NCBI GenBank assembly: GCA_965372795.1
Contig: CBDVDR010000016.1
Span: forward strand, 19,119-83,118
DNA length: 64,000 nt
DNA from: an uncultured bacterium
GTDB taxonomy: Bacteria; Zixibacteria; MSB-5A5; GN15; FEB-12
Direction of reading: 5' to 3'
Part shown: positions 1-9,407 of the stretch, piece by piece
How positions within the stretch are numbered: the first letter of the stretch is position 1
Layout of the letters: the number at the start of each line of letters is the position of its first letter
The notes under the pieces: generated by a model
The model's input: only the letters and a program-made list of their open reading frames with translations
Databases searched by the model: none
What the model was told of the DNA's origin: nothing
Program-made: the position numbers and the translations under genes

Positions 1-32
1 ATTAATATCTATATAGAAAGTTTATAAACGTC

Positions 33-752
33 GTGGCGTTGTATATTTTTTCAGATGCTCATCTTGGTTCTTTTGATGTTTCTGCAGAAGAAATAAAAAA
101 AGAAAAGATCGATAAACTATTAGCCATAGTTAAATCCGATGGCGACCGTCTGGTTATACTCGGTGATCTGTTTGAGTTCTGGTTTGAATACAAAAATGCG
201 ATGCCTAAAGAACATTTTGATATTCTCAGCAAACTTTACCAGCTAAAACAACAGGGTGTCATAATTGATTATGTCAGCGGGAATCATGATTTCTGGATGG
301 ATGATTTTTTTGAAAAGCAGATGGGGATAAATGTTTATCTCGACAGTTTTGAGCTTCAATATGAAAATCAGAAAATATATTTTACTCATGGCGACGGTCT
401 TGCCAAAGGTGATCGCGGTTATCGGTTGTTGAAACGAATTCTTAGGAATCGTCTGAATATCTGGCTGTACCGAAAGCTCCCCCCCGACTGGGCTATTCCT
501 CTGGCAAAATCGGTAGCGGGTGGATCAAGAAACCATACTTCGGGCCGCTGTGATACTTTTTCAAAAGATTATGAGGATTACGCCAAAGCTAAATTAGCTG
601 ATGGCTATGATATTGTGGCAATTGGTCATCTGCATAAACCTCTTCGCATCGAAAGTGAAAATGGAATTTATGTCAACAGCGGAGATTTTATAAATCATTT
701 CAGTTATATAAAAATAACGAACGAAGATGTAACTCTGAATTATATCGAGTAA
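33..752 (+). CDS. lpxH: UDP-2,3-diacylglucosamine hydrolase (metallophosphoesterase)
   Basis: SDAHLG, GDLFEFW, GNHD, THGD and GHLH metallophosphoesterase motifs with LpxH-like spacing; GTG start. Confidence 0.8.
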   Translation: MALYIFSDAHLGSFDVSAEEIKKEKIDKLLAIVKSDGDRLVILGDLFEFWFEYKNAMPKEHFDILSKLYQLKQQGVIIDYVSGNHDFWMDDFFEKQMGINVYLDSFELQYENQKIYFTHGDGLAKGDRGYRLLKRILRNRLNIWLYRKLPPDWAIPLAKSVAGGSRNHTSGRCDTFSKDYEDYAKAKLADGYDIVAIGHLHKPLRIESENGIYVNSGDFINHFSYIKITNEDVTLNYIE

Positions 753-755
753 ATA

Positions 756-1328
756 ATGCGACTGATTTTTTTAATAGCATTTTTATTATTTTTCAACATA
801 TCAAGCCAATGTCAAAGCGAACCGTTTGACTCAACCTCATTGTATTTCCAGCCAACAATCAACAGTAACCGGAATATGTTTCATGAGTACTGGGATGTAT
901 CAACCGGATATGAACTTACAGTCCGAACCAAATTTTATCTGGGGCAATTAGAACTTGGAACGCTGATAAATAATAACTCTTCCAATTTTGAAACCCAGCC
1001 TGATTATTATTCGATGTTTTCATATTTGGGTTGGGGATATAAATTCCAAATAAATAACAGATTTTCCAACTACAGCGGGATGCGACTTGGTAATTATTAT
1101 ATGAGTTTTGATGATCCTGATATTCATGCCGAATTAAAATCTGAGAATGAAATGGGTGTGGGACTGGTTACATCTTTTCAATTTAATTTCAATAATAAAT
1201 GGTCGGCGATATTATCAGGCGAATATCTAAAAGTTTACACTTTTAATAGAATACACCTGTCGTTTATTTCATTTGGAATCGGCTATTCTTTTGAATCACC
1301 TGATTGGTTTCGGAGGTTTTTCAAGTGA
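756..1328 (+). CDS. Putative outer-membrane beta-barrel protein
   Basis: Signal peptide, alternating aromatic beta strands, GIGYSF near the C-terminus. Confidence 0.55.
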   Translation: MRLIFLIAFLLFFNISSQCQSEPFDSTSLYFQPTINSNRNMFHEYWDVSTGYELTVRTKFYLGQLELGTLINNNSSNFETQPDYYSMFSYLGWGYKFQINNRFSNYSGMRLGNYYMSFDDPDIHAELKSENEMGVGLVTSFQFNFNNKWSAILSGEYLKVYTFNRIHLSFISFGIGYSFESPDWFRRFFK

Positions 1329-3169
1329 GGGCTTTGAAGCACTGGATAATATTGTCCATACTGATATTTGTAATTTCATCCAATGTTTATAGTGGCAATT
1401 TAAATATCAGAACTATTGGTCATGAGACTATTGAAGCATCCGGTATAAGTCGGTTATCAGAAATTTTCACTCTTATACCTGAATGGCCGGTTAGCTCTAT
1501 TGATCGCGTTACCTGGCAGGTTAACCCAAACGGAATGGGGACCTATCAGCACTCACGGTGGAAAATATTTCTTGATGGAGTGATGTTAGAGTTGGACTTT
1601 GTGGGAAGCAAACCGTTGGATATGATTCCGATAACAATGAATCAATTAGACTATGTGGAAGTTATTAATTCATCGGGGATATATTATGGGGAGTTTATAG
1701 ATGATGGTGCGATACATATTCATACTAAAAAACCTTATGAAGATAAATCTTTATCTATAGAAGCTAATCTTGCCAATGAAACCGGTGACCCGGGACCTTA
1801 TCGCTACACCGAACATTTCAGCCCGAATATTGATCGCCTTGGAGAATCAATCGCAGCCGATTTTTCCAAGCGATTTAACAATTCTGCTTTTAAAATTAAT
1901 TTCAAAAACGATATACACTTCCCTACCGATGTAGCTGTTAGGGAAAGAAATATTGCTTTATCTGGAAAGCACCCCAAACAGACATTATATGCAAGTTCAT
2001 TTAGTTATAACACCGACTTTAATTATACTGACATTAATTGGATTAAATCTATTTCCGGTGGCTATTCATATTTTGAAAATTTCAATTTCAATGAATTCAC
2101 AAAACAGGAAAAGTATGAAATTGAGCGGTTCTCTTATATATCAATAAGAGGTAATTTAACAAAGAAACACAATTTAAAATACGAAACATCATTTCAATCT
2201 AACAAAACAAATGACTATCAAATCAACAATTTAACTGCCAAAGGGTCATATAATTTATCCCGAGTAAATTACGAAAATACTTTCGGTTTGAAATTTAATT
2301 TGATTTCGAATGCAAGCATAAATCAAAATAACTCGTTATTTAATTTTACTATAAGTAATAAGTTCTTCCGACGTTATTCGAACAGATTTAAACAAAACTA
2401 TGAAATTTCAATGTCAGCAGTTGATGGTAGATTAGGATTTGATATTAATATTGGGTCGAAATTGATTCATTTAAGAAATAATTATCTAAAACTAAATATT
2501 TCATTTGTAAACAGGCAGTTCAATCAAGACTATCAATATTGGCTCTATCGAGATATAAACTCAAATTCAGGACAATTAGAATATTTTAAAAACATAAAAA
2601 TATTATCTGCTCAAGTAAGCTGGTTTTCATTGATTAATAAAACTCTTACGTTAACTGTGAACAACCGCTTTAATTTTATTTATGATTATTATTATAATTA
2701 CCAAAACAATTTGAACATATCTGATGGATTCAGTTATAGTGGCGGAATAAATATTAATTTGATTCCTTCTGAGAAATTTAATATCAATTTTGACTATAAT
2801 CTCATTCTAGCAAATTCTGTTTCGGATGAATTAAAGGAATTATGGAATAGCCTACAGAAACATACTTTGCAAACAAGCATCCGATATAATCCGGTAAAGA
2901 ATCTTTCTTTATGGGGAAGAATTAAATATACCAGTGCGACCTATTGGTCGGACTATGAACAGATTACGAATCAATCAGATGGTAAATATTCTTCAAATAT
3001 TAATGAGATATTTCTAATTGATATAACCGCCCGGAAGTTACTTCAGGATGGAAAATATACATTTGCAGTCGGAGTGCGAAATCTATTAAACAAAATTCAG
3101 CGCTACCATCCTTTAGGGGCACAGTTTGATCTGAACTATTATATCAATTTAAAAGCCCGGATTTTGTAA
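1325..3169 (+). CDS. TonB-dependent receptor-like outer membrane protein
   Basis: Plug-like N-terminus (IEASGISRLSEI...LDYVEVI), C-terminal GVRNLLN; GTG at 1325 precedes a signal peptide (ORF track starts at 1304). Confidence 0.6.
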   Translation: MRALKHWIILSILIFVISSNVYSGNLNIRTIGHETIEASGISRLSEIFTLIPEWPVSSIDRVTWQVNPNGMGTYQHSRWKIFLDGVMLELDFVGSKPLDMIPITMNQLDYVEVINSSGIYYGEFIDDGAIHIHTKKPYEDKSLSIEANLANETGDPGPYRYTEHFSPNIDRLGESIAADFSKRFNNSAFKINFKNDIHFPTDVAVRERNIALSGKHPKQTLYASSFSYNTDFNYTDINWIKSISGGYSYFENFNFNEFTKQEKYEIERFSYISIRGNLTKKHNLKYETSFQSNKTNDYQINNLTAKGSYNLSRVNYENTFGLKFNLISNASINQNNSLFNFTISNKFFRRYSNRFKQNYEISMSAVDGRLGFDINIGSKLIHLRNNYLKLNISFVNRQFNQDYQYWLYRDINSNSGQLEYFKNIKILSAQVSWFSLINKTLTLTVNNRFNFIYDYYYNYQNNLNISDGFSYSGGININLIPSEKFNINFDYNLILANSVSDELKELWNSLQKHTLQTSIRYNPVKNLSLWGRIKYTSATYWSDYEQITNQSDGKYSSNINEIFLIDITARKLLQDGKYTFAVGVRNLLNKIQRYHPLGAQFDLNYYINLKARIL

Positions 3170-3194
3170 GAGAACGCCAAATAAATAATGTCAC

Positions 3195-3404
3195 TTACTC
3201 TTTGACTAAAAGAACGTTGATAGCTTTCACAATCACTCGGACTTTGTCGCCCTTTTTAAGTTCCATCTCATCAAGAGATTCGATTGTCATGACCGAACTC
3301 ATTTTACATTCTGCCGGGATATCCAACTTTACTTTGCACATCATCGTGCCTTTATCAATAGCTGTGACCTCGCCGATAATTTGATTCCTTGCTCCAAACT
3401 TCAC
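3195..3404 (-). CDS. TOBE/Mop molybdate-binding domain protein
   Basis: MKxGARNQ...SVMTxESLDEMELKKGDKV...KA, typical of Mop/TOBE. Confidence 0.85.
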   Translation of the reverse strand: MKFGARNQIIGEVTAIDKGTMMCKVKLDIPAECKMSSVMTIESLDEMELKKGDKVRVIVKAINVLLVKE

Positions 3405-3421
3405 CTTAACTCCTTTGTATA

Positions 3422-3706
3422 TTATCCCAATAATTTTGAAAAATCATCATACGGGATAACCGGCCAGGTTTCCGTATTTATAATGCCTTGAGCATTTATT
3501 TCTGAGGCTACCTTGAAGGCGTCTCTTTGATCAAGGGCTTCAAAAGCGACCAGGAAATCATATCTGCCAAGGGTAGCAAATATGTATTCTACTTTTAATT
3601 CCATACGTGAAAAGACTTCCATTGATTCGTTCACACAATGTGAAAGATTCGGGTGCTTTTTTTTAGCATCCGGATTGATACTCATGGCCATAATAAAATT
3701 CGTCAT
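3422..3706 (-). CDS. GYD-domain protein
   Basis: TLGRYD and INTETW motifs, 94 aa; GGAGG RBS upstream. Confidence 0.75.
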   Translation of the reverse strand: MTNFIMAMSINPDAKKKHPNLSHCVNESMEVFSRMELKVEYIFATLGRYDFLVAFEALDQRDAFKVASEINAQGIINTETWPVIPYDDFSKLLG

Positions 3707-3799
3707 AAAACACCTCCTGCTTATTACTATCTAAATTTACGTTTCCAGAAGGAAAGATACAAACTTTATGAATTATTTTTTGAGCGGAAACTTATCTAT

Positions 3800-4762
3800 T
3801 TATGCTGAAACTATTTCCGGATTTTTATCGAAATCTTCAGACAATTCCGATTCAAACGGATTTTCCATTTGCCAGCCGGTTTTTCCGGTTGATCTAAAAT
3901 GTTCAAGCCGTCTGATTGAGAGTTCGGCAAAGATCGGATCGATATCTATCGTAAAACATCGCCGGTTTAATTTTTCACAGGCGATCAGGGTTGTTCCTGA
4001 ATGTGAGAAGAAGTCGGTTACTATCTCTTTTTCTTTGGAAGAGGCAAAAATTATTCGCTCGATAGCTTTGAGCGGTTTTTGAGCATAACAGCCGTTAACA
4101 TTTTCTACCATGCGGTAAAAAACCTGCTGTATGTCAACCCATACATTGCCGGAACGAATATTGGGCGATTTGCTTCGTTCGATATTTTCTGTTACAGTGC
4201 CGTTGATTTCTTTATAATAACCACGGAGTATTTTGGGGATATCAGTATATTGGACCTTAAAACTCGGATTCCCTTTAGTATAGTAGAGCAGCTCCTGACG
4301 GATTGCCATCCAGTTTTTCTGAGTCCCATACCCGCGTTGGTTACGCATGGTAATTAATGATCGGGATTTAAAATCTGTGTCAGCCATCATAATCATGAAT
4401 TGGGGCAATGGCTGAAAATTATCATTTTGATCAGCACCCAGCCAAATATATAAGGATGCATCGTCATTTAAAATTTTATAAGAACCATCAATCCAAATTT
4501 GGCACCATTCGATAAATTCATCGACCGATTTTTTCTCAAACATGACCAAATTATATGGCGGATCATGAAGAGCTATTGCGGCTTTATCGCCAGAAAATAG
4601 TTTTGAGATAAAATCATAATCAGAGGCATCTCCACAGCCAATCCGATGTTTCCCCAGAGGGTCTTCCCAGATCTCCCCCGGCTGCAATCTGCACTGCGGT
4701 AATAAGCGGTTGCGGATACTCCCTGTATCCAAATCCAACCGCGGAAAAGAATTCCGTTTCAT
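3800..4762 (-). CDS. Orphan N6-adenine/N4-cytosine DNA methyltransferase (beta-class order)
   Basis: DPPY motif precedes QKP and DFFSHSGTT SAM-binding motif. Confidence 0.85.
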   Translation of the reverse strand: MKRNSFPRLDLDTGSIRNRLLPQCRLQPGEIWEDPLGKHRIGCGDASDYDFISKLFSGDKAAIALHDPPYNLVMFEKKSVDEFIEWCQIWIDGSYKILNDDASLYIWLGADQNDNFQPLPQFMIMMADTDFKSRSLITMRNQRGYGTQKNWMAIRQELLYYTKGNPSFKVQYTDIPKILRGYYKEINGTVTENIERSKSPNIRSGNVWVDIQQVFYRMVENVNGCYAQKPLKAIERIIFASSKEKEIVTDFFSHSGTTLIACEKLNRRCFTIDIDPIFAELSIRRLEHFRSTGKTGWQMENPFESELSEDFDKNPEIVSA

Positions 4763-4996
4763 AAACCCAAGAAAGTCAAACGGCTTTTGAAGCTCAACTA
4801 AAATTTTTAATTTATATGTCTAATTGTTTAGACAGCAATAAGTTAATCAGAAAGTAAAACATATAAGAAAAGACAATCGTCACGAAACCACGTAACCGCA
4901 CATAATCTGTTGCACTACATGTACTTATCGAAGCACTTGTATATTTATGGGTAATATCATTTGATTAATAGAAAAATTTTAGTAATATAGAGTACT

Positions 4997-5485
4997 ATGT
5001 CAGACAAAATGTTATGGGCGCCGTGGCGTTACGGCTTCATTAAAAGTGAGAAAGAAAAGGGCTGCATTTTCTGTAACCGGATTAAAATGAAAGATTCTAT
5101 TAAGAATCTCATTGTTTACCGGACGGATAAATCCTGTCTGATTTTGAATAAGTTTCCTTATAATTCCGGTCATGCTATGATTGTACCTAAGCGACATATT
5201 GGTCAGATAGAGAAACTTAATGAGCAGGAATCAGCAGATTTTTTTAAATTGATTCAATTGTCTGTAAAAATAATCAAAAAAGTGTTAACACCGGATTCGA
5301 TGAACCTTGGAATGAATCTTGGTCGCAGTTCCGGGGCGGGTATCCCGGGGCATCTTCATATGCACATCGTTCCCCGATGGCTTGGTGATACTAATTTTAT
5401 GCCGGTTATTGGAAAAACTAAAATTGTGTCAGTTCCAATTAAGCCGATATATGATGCTCTTAAGAAAGAATTCTCGAAAATATGA
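4997..5485 (+). CDS. HIT family hydrolase (Ap4A phosphorylase-like)
   Basis: LWAPWR, CIFC, LNKFPYNSGH, HLHMHIVPRW histidine triad. Confidence 0.9.
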   Translation: MSDKMLWAPWRYGFIKSEKEKGCIFCNRIKMKDSIKNLIVYRTDKSCLILNKFPYNSGHAMIVPKRHIGQIEKLNEQESADFFKLIQLSVKIIKKVLTPDSMNLGMNLGRSSGAGIPGHLHMHIVPRWLGDTNFMPVIGKTKIVSVPIKPIYDALKKEFSKI

Positions 5486-7110
5486 GTCCTCGTAAAAAAA
5501 TCCCCACAAAAATTGAGCTTGAGCAGTTACAAAAGCTGTATAAAACCGATGAAAAAATCGGTGAACGATTAGGCGGGGTCCCGGCATATCTGGTGGCATA
5601 CTGGCGCAGGAAAAAGAATGTCCCAAAATTTTCAATGCCAAAATTCTCAGAACGGGAAATTAGAAATCTTTGGGAACGATTCGGAGATGATGACAAATGC
5701 GGACTAGAACTGAGTATTTCCAAAGCCGCCTATTATAACTGGCGTCGTCGTTATGGGATCAAAGAAAAACCGGCGTTTTTAAAACTGGAACAACTTGAAT
5801 TAAATTTCCCGGGACTCAAAACTAAAACCGGCAAACCATCGCTGTATGGCGAACGGTCAATAACTCAAAAGATATTGGCTCAACTTAGTAATAAAGAAAC
5901 GGTAAATGTTGGCGAGACGGTTGAGATTGAACCGGATCTGGTGGTTAGTCGGGTTCACAATCATGAAATTATTAATCAATTTTTAAAGCTTAGTTCTGAT
6001 TATGTGTGGAATCCAAATAAGATTGCAATCTCGACTCAGCCAATAGATATAAATTCAACTGATAAACTCGCTGAAGAAAATAAGCTGGTCAGAGAATTCA
6101 GCCGGCGACAAAACATTAAAAATTTCTTCGATATGAATTCGGGTAATTGCCATCAATTGGTGGTTGAATCGGGATTGATCAAACCCGGACAGCTTGGTTT
6201 AGGAACCGATAAAAATGTAGTCTCTTATGGTTGTCTGTCTTCCTTTGCTTCGTTAATAACACCCTCTGAGATGGCAACTATCTGGTCCAAAGGGAAATAT
6301 GAATTGGATGTCCCGCCATCAATTAGAATTGACATTAATGGACGAAGATTACGTTCGGTTTCTTCAAGAGATATTGCTCTCTCGATCATAAAACAGCTTT
6401 CCAAAGAGGATGTGGTTGGCAAAGTGCTTGAGTATTATGGGTCGGTTGTCTCACGGATGAGTATCAGTGACCGCTTCACTCTTACCAATCAGGCGGCAGC
6501 GGCGGGTGCCAAAGGAGCTTTGTGCCATTTTGATTCTGCAACCCGACGGTATCTGAGCGGACGAACTAATGAAAATTATATGCCGATTATTGCTGATAAA
6601 GATGCGGTATACAATGGCATGTACCAAATCAATATCGATCAGCTAACCCCTCAGATTGCCGGACCGAATGGAAGTAGCGATGTTAAGGCTGTGGCTGAAT
6701 TGGATGGTCTTCCTGTCCAGCAGATTATAATCGGTTCCTGTGCCAGTGGCAGATTTGAAGATTTACGAATCGGGGCTGAGATATTAAAAGGGAATAAAGT
6801 AAGCGCTGACTGCCGTTTAATTATTATACCGGGATCATTAGCGGTGTACCTTGATGCTCTAAAAAAAGGTTTGATTCGAGTTTACATTGAAGCCGGAGCT
6901 ATGATTTTAAATCCCGGGTATCCGGTTGAAATGAATAGAATAATCAAATCGCTCGCCTCGGGTGAACGTTGTCTGGCAACTATTAATAATATTTTTAAGC
7001 AGGCGCACGAAACTGAGAATAAAAAAGAAGTTTATATATGTTCACCGGCAACAGCAGCGGCATCGGCGATCAACGCCGCAGTAACCGATCCGACAAGGTA
7101 CATGGGGTGA
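5482..7110 (+). CDS. Tandem HTH plus degenerate aconitase/LeuC large-subunit-like protein
   Basis: Two N-terminal HTH-like repeats; LeuC-like body (DRFTLTNQ, GSCASGRFEDL, SPATAAASA) lacking several catalytic and Fe-S residues. Confidence 0.75.
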   Translation: MSPRKKIPTKIELEQLQKLYKTDEKIGERLGGVPAYLVAYWRRKKNVPKFSMPKFSEREIRNLWERFGDDDKCGLELSISKAAYYNWRRRYGIKEKPAFLKLEQLELNFPGLKTKTGKPSLYGERSITQKILAQLSNKETVNVGETVEIEPDLVVSRVHNHEIINQFLKLSSDYVWNPNKIAISTQPIDINSTDKLAEENKLVREFSRRQNIKNFFDMNSGNCHQLVVESGLIKPGQLGLGTDKNVVSYGCLSSFASLITPSEMATIWSKGKYELDVPPSIRIDINGRRLRSVSSRDIALSIIKQLSKEDVVGKVLEYYGSVVSRMSISDRFTLTNQAAAAGAKGALCHFDSATRRYLSGRTNENYMPIIADKDAVYNGMYQINIDQLTPQIAGPNGSSDVKAVAELDGLPVQQIIIGSCASGRFEDLRIGAEILKGNKVSADCRLIIIPGSLAVYLDALKKGLIRVYIEAGAMILNPGYPVEMNRIIKSLASGERCLATINNIFKQAHETENKKEVYICSPATAAASAINAAVTDPTRYMG

Positions 7111-7191
7111 GTGACATTAATACATTAATAGTCTTTTTAAAAATATAAACCGGCATTCTTGTCTATAAGCTTTGTCATTAAAATCCGAAGG

Positions 7192-7359
7192 TTAAACCTT
7201 TGCGGTGTGAAAACCTAAACAAGCACTGCATTCCGGGCAAATATAAACAGATCGTTTGCCCAAATCGCCCTTCATTTCCTGATAACAAATTTTCCTAATC
7301 TGTTTTTTACAATGCGGGCAGATAGGAACGATACTGTCATTTTTTTCAAAAAACATCAT
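7192..7359 (-). CDS. Small zinc-ribbon protein (55 aa, two CPxC motifs), absent from the ORF track
   Basis: GGAGG RBS; translated by hand as MMFFEKNDSIVPICPHCKKQIRKICYQEMKGDLGKRSVYICPECSACLGFHTAKV. Confidence 0.65.
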   Translation of the reverse strand: MMFFEKNDSIVPICPHCKKQIRKICYQEMKGDLGKRSVYICPECSACLGFHTAKV

Positions 7360-7499
7360 AACGACCTCCACAAGTTTATCTTAAATACTATAATTTTCTT
7401 ACAATATTCAAATAAACAAGCGAAGCTTGTGAACTTTCAATGTTAAGATTCTGTTAAAATATGCACTACTAATTAGATTAATAAATGAAAGGATTTAAA

Positions 7500-8024
7500 A
7501 TGGAACGTTCAAATGTAATTACAATGCAAGGCAACCCGCTAACACTTGTTGGTCAGGAACTAAAAGTAGGTGATAAAGCACCTGATTTTACTCTGCTTGA
7601 TAATGGTTTGGGTGAAGTCAAACAATCAGATTTTTCGGGCAAACCTCGTTTAATTTCGATTGTCCCCTCGCTTGATACCGGAACCTGTTCTTTGCAGACA
7701 AAAACATTTAATGATAGAATTGCCGAACTTTCTGATAAAGCTCAGGCGATTACTGTTTCGGCTGATCTCCCCTTTGCTCAAGCGCGTTTCGCCGATGCCG
7801 AGAAAATTGAAAAAATTAAGATTTTATCTGATCATCGCACTACCAAGTTTGGTGAAGATTACGGGCTTTTGATTAAAGAGCTTCGTCTTTTAACCCGAGC
7901 TGTCATTGTTGTTGATAAAAATGATACTATCACTCATTTGGAAATCGTACCCGAAGTTTCCACCGAGCCAAATTATACGACTGCCTTGGATGCTCTAAAC
8001 AAGGCGATCAACGAACCAGTTTAA
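7500..8024 (+). CDS. tpx: Thiol peroxidase (atypical 2-Cys peroxiredoxin family)
   Basis: VPSLDTGTC, SADLPFAQARF, RLLTRAV; likely start MERSN. Confidence 0.92.
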   Translation: MERSNVITMQGNPLTLVGQELKVGDKAPDFTLLDNGLGEVKQSDFSGKPRLISIVPSLDTGTCSLQTKTFNDRIAELSDKAQAITVSADLPFAQARFADAEKIEKIKILSDHRTTKFGEDYGLLIKELRLLTRAVIVVDKNDTITHLEIVPEVSTEPNYTTALDALNKAINEPV

Positions 8025-8046
8025 CTGGTTTTATTACTAAATAAAA

Positions 8047-8077
8047 GAAGGCAGTTAATAAAATATCTGCCTTTTTA
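8047..8077. terminator. Putative bidirectional intrinsic terminator
   Basis: aaggcag/ctgcctt stem with A- and T-tracts between convergent genes. Confidence 0.55.
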
Positions 8078-8081
8078 TTTT

Positions 8082-8423
8082 TCAATTTTTTTCAGGGGGA
8101 TCCGGGTTGTCTTCCTCATCCGGTTCCGGCTCTTTTTTGGTTTCCAATTTTCGAGATAATGGCGTAAACATAAACAAGATCAGTAATAGTGCCGGTAAAA
8201 ATATTGGTAAATATGATGCCAATATCGGCACATTTTCACTGGGGACATCAGGTTGCGAGGCTGCCGGATCGCCATGTGAGCGCCATCCTCCGTTACCATC
8301 GGGAACCCAGCAATCTTCTCCCGACCACATATCATAAGACGGTCCGTAAGTTACTTTTAAAACTATCGACGGAGCCAGGTACAGCAGGAAGATTCCTATC
8401 AACAAATATAGATTATTTCTCAT
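8082..8423 (-). CDS. Small membrane protein, hypothetical
   Basis: Two hydrophobic segments around a WVPDGNGGWRSHGDP loop. Confidence 0.6.
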   Translation of the reverse strand: MRNNLYLLIGIFLLYLAPSIVLKVTYGPSYDMWSGEDCWVPDGNGGWRSHGDPAASQPDVPSENVPILASYLPIFLPALLLILFMFTPLSRKLETKKEPEPDEEDNPDPPEKN

Positions 8424-8613
8424 ATTTAAAATTAACAGAAGTTATGACAGTTAGTCAAGTTTTGCTTTTACCGGATTTCTGGAAATTCTAGTATTTTGCT
8501 TGTAACATTATGTTGCAAATTGATAAGCATAAAATTATTATGGAATGTAATTAGAAATTAAATAAATATAATCAGGTGAAAAACGATAATTTTCAGATAA
8601 AAAGAGTAATAAT

Positions 8614-9171
8614 ATGAGCGATAAAAAATTATTTCCAACCCAGCCATCAATGGTTGGGAAAAAAGTGTATCTTCGTCCGGCTACTTCTGATGATGTGAAA
8701 AATTTTCATTATTGGAGACTTCAAGCTGAACCCCAATCCATTTCGTGCCGACCGCTCCCTTTTAGAACAGCAGCTGAAGATTCAGAAAATTATAAAAAAA
8801 TGCAAACCTCCCTTGATAGACAATCTTTTGCGATTGTAAATAAAGATGACAAAACGCTCCTGGGTAAGATCAGTTTTTTCGATTATAACAATCTGAATCG
8901 TTCGGCAGAGGTCGGATTAATGATTGATCCTGATGAACAGAAAAATGGTTACGGTTCTGATGCTATGAAAATTTTATGTAAATTTTTATTCAGATATCGC
9001 GGGTTGAATAAAGTTTATGCTCAGACCAGTGAATTTAATGAAGGCTCTGTTAGTCTGCTTGAAAATCTGGGTTTCAAAAAAGACGGAACGCTAAGGGACC
9101 ATCGTTTTTATAATGGCGAGTTTCATAATGATCTGATTTATTCGCTGCTTCTCTTTGAACTCGAATGGTAG
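8614..9171 (+). CDS. GNAT N-acetyltransferase, RimJ/RimL family
   Basis: VYLRP, AEVG, GYGSDA, LENLGFKKDGTLR. Confidence 0.88.
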   Translation: MSDKKLFPTQPSMVGKKVYLRPATSDDVKNFHYWRLQAEPQSISCRPLPFRTAAEDSENYKKMQTSLDRQSFAIVNKDDKTLLGKISFFDYNNLNRSAEVGLMIDPDEQKNGYGSDAMKILCKFLFRYRGLNKVYAQTSEFNEGSVSLLENLGFKKDGTLRDHRFYNGEFHNDLIYSLLLFELEW

Positions 9172-9210
9172 GTGGGGTTGAAGTAATGTTGTAATTGTTT
9201 TAAAATTATT

Positions 9211-9244
9211 AGGGACAGAGTTCACACTCTGTCCCTTTTTTTTT
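9211..9244 (+). terminator. Intrinsic terminator
   Basis: agggacagag-ttcaca-ctctgtccct followed by a T-run. Confidence 0.8.
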
Positions 9245-9407
9245 CGTCTCAGATCAAGGAAAATTCATTTTAGATATCAGAAGCCCTGTTCTTCCTATTT
9301 TCTGATTGAGCAGTAAATAATCAATAAAGTGTTGCGTAATAGAGCTACATAGCTATATTAATTATAGACTACAAATAAATATCAATTAAATTGCACTGGA
9401 GGATGAT

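Noticed and set aside
3800..4762. Restriction-modification system
   Set aside because: No adjacent endonuclease; looks like an orphan methyltransferase among housekeeping genes.
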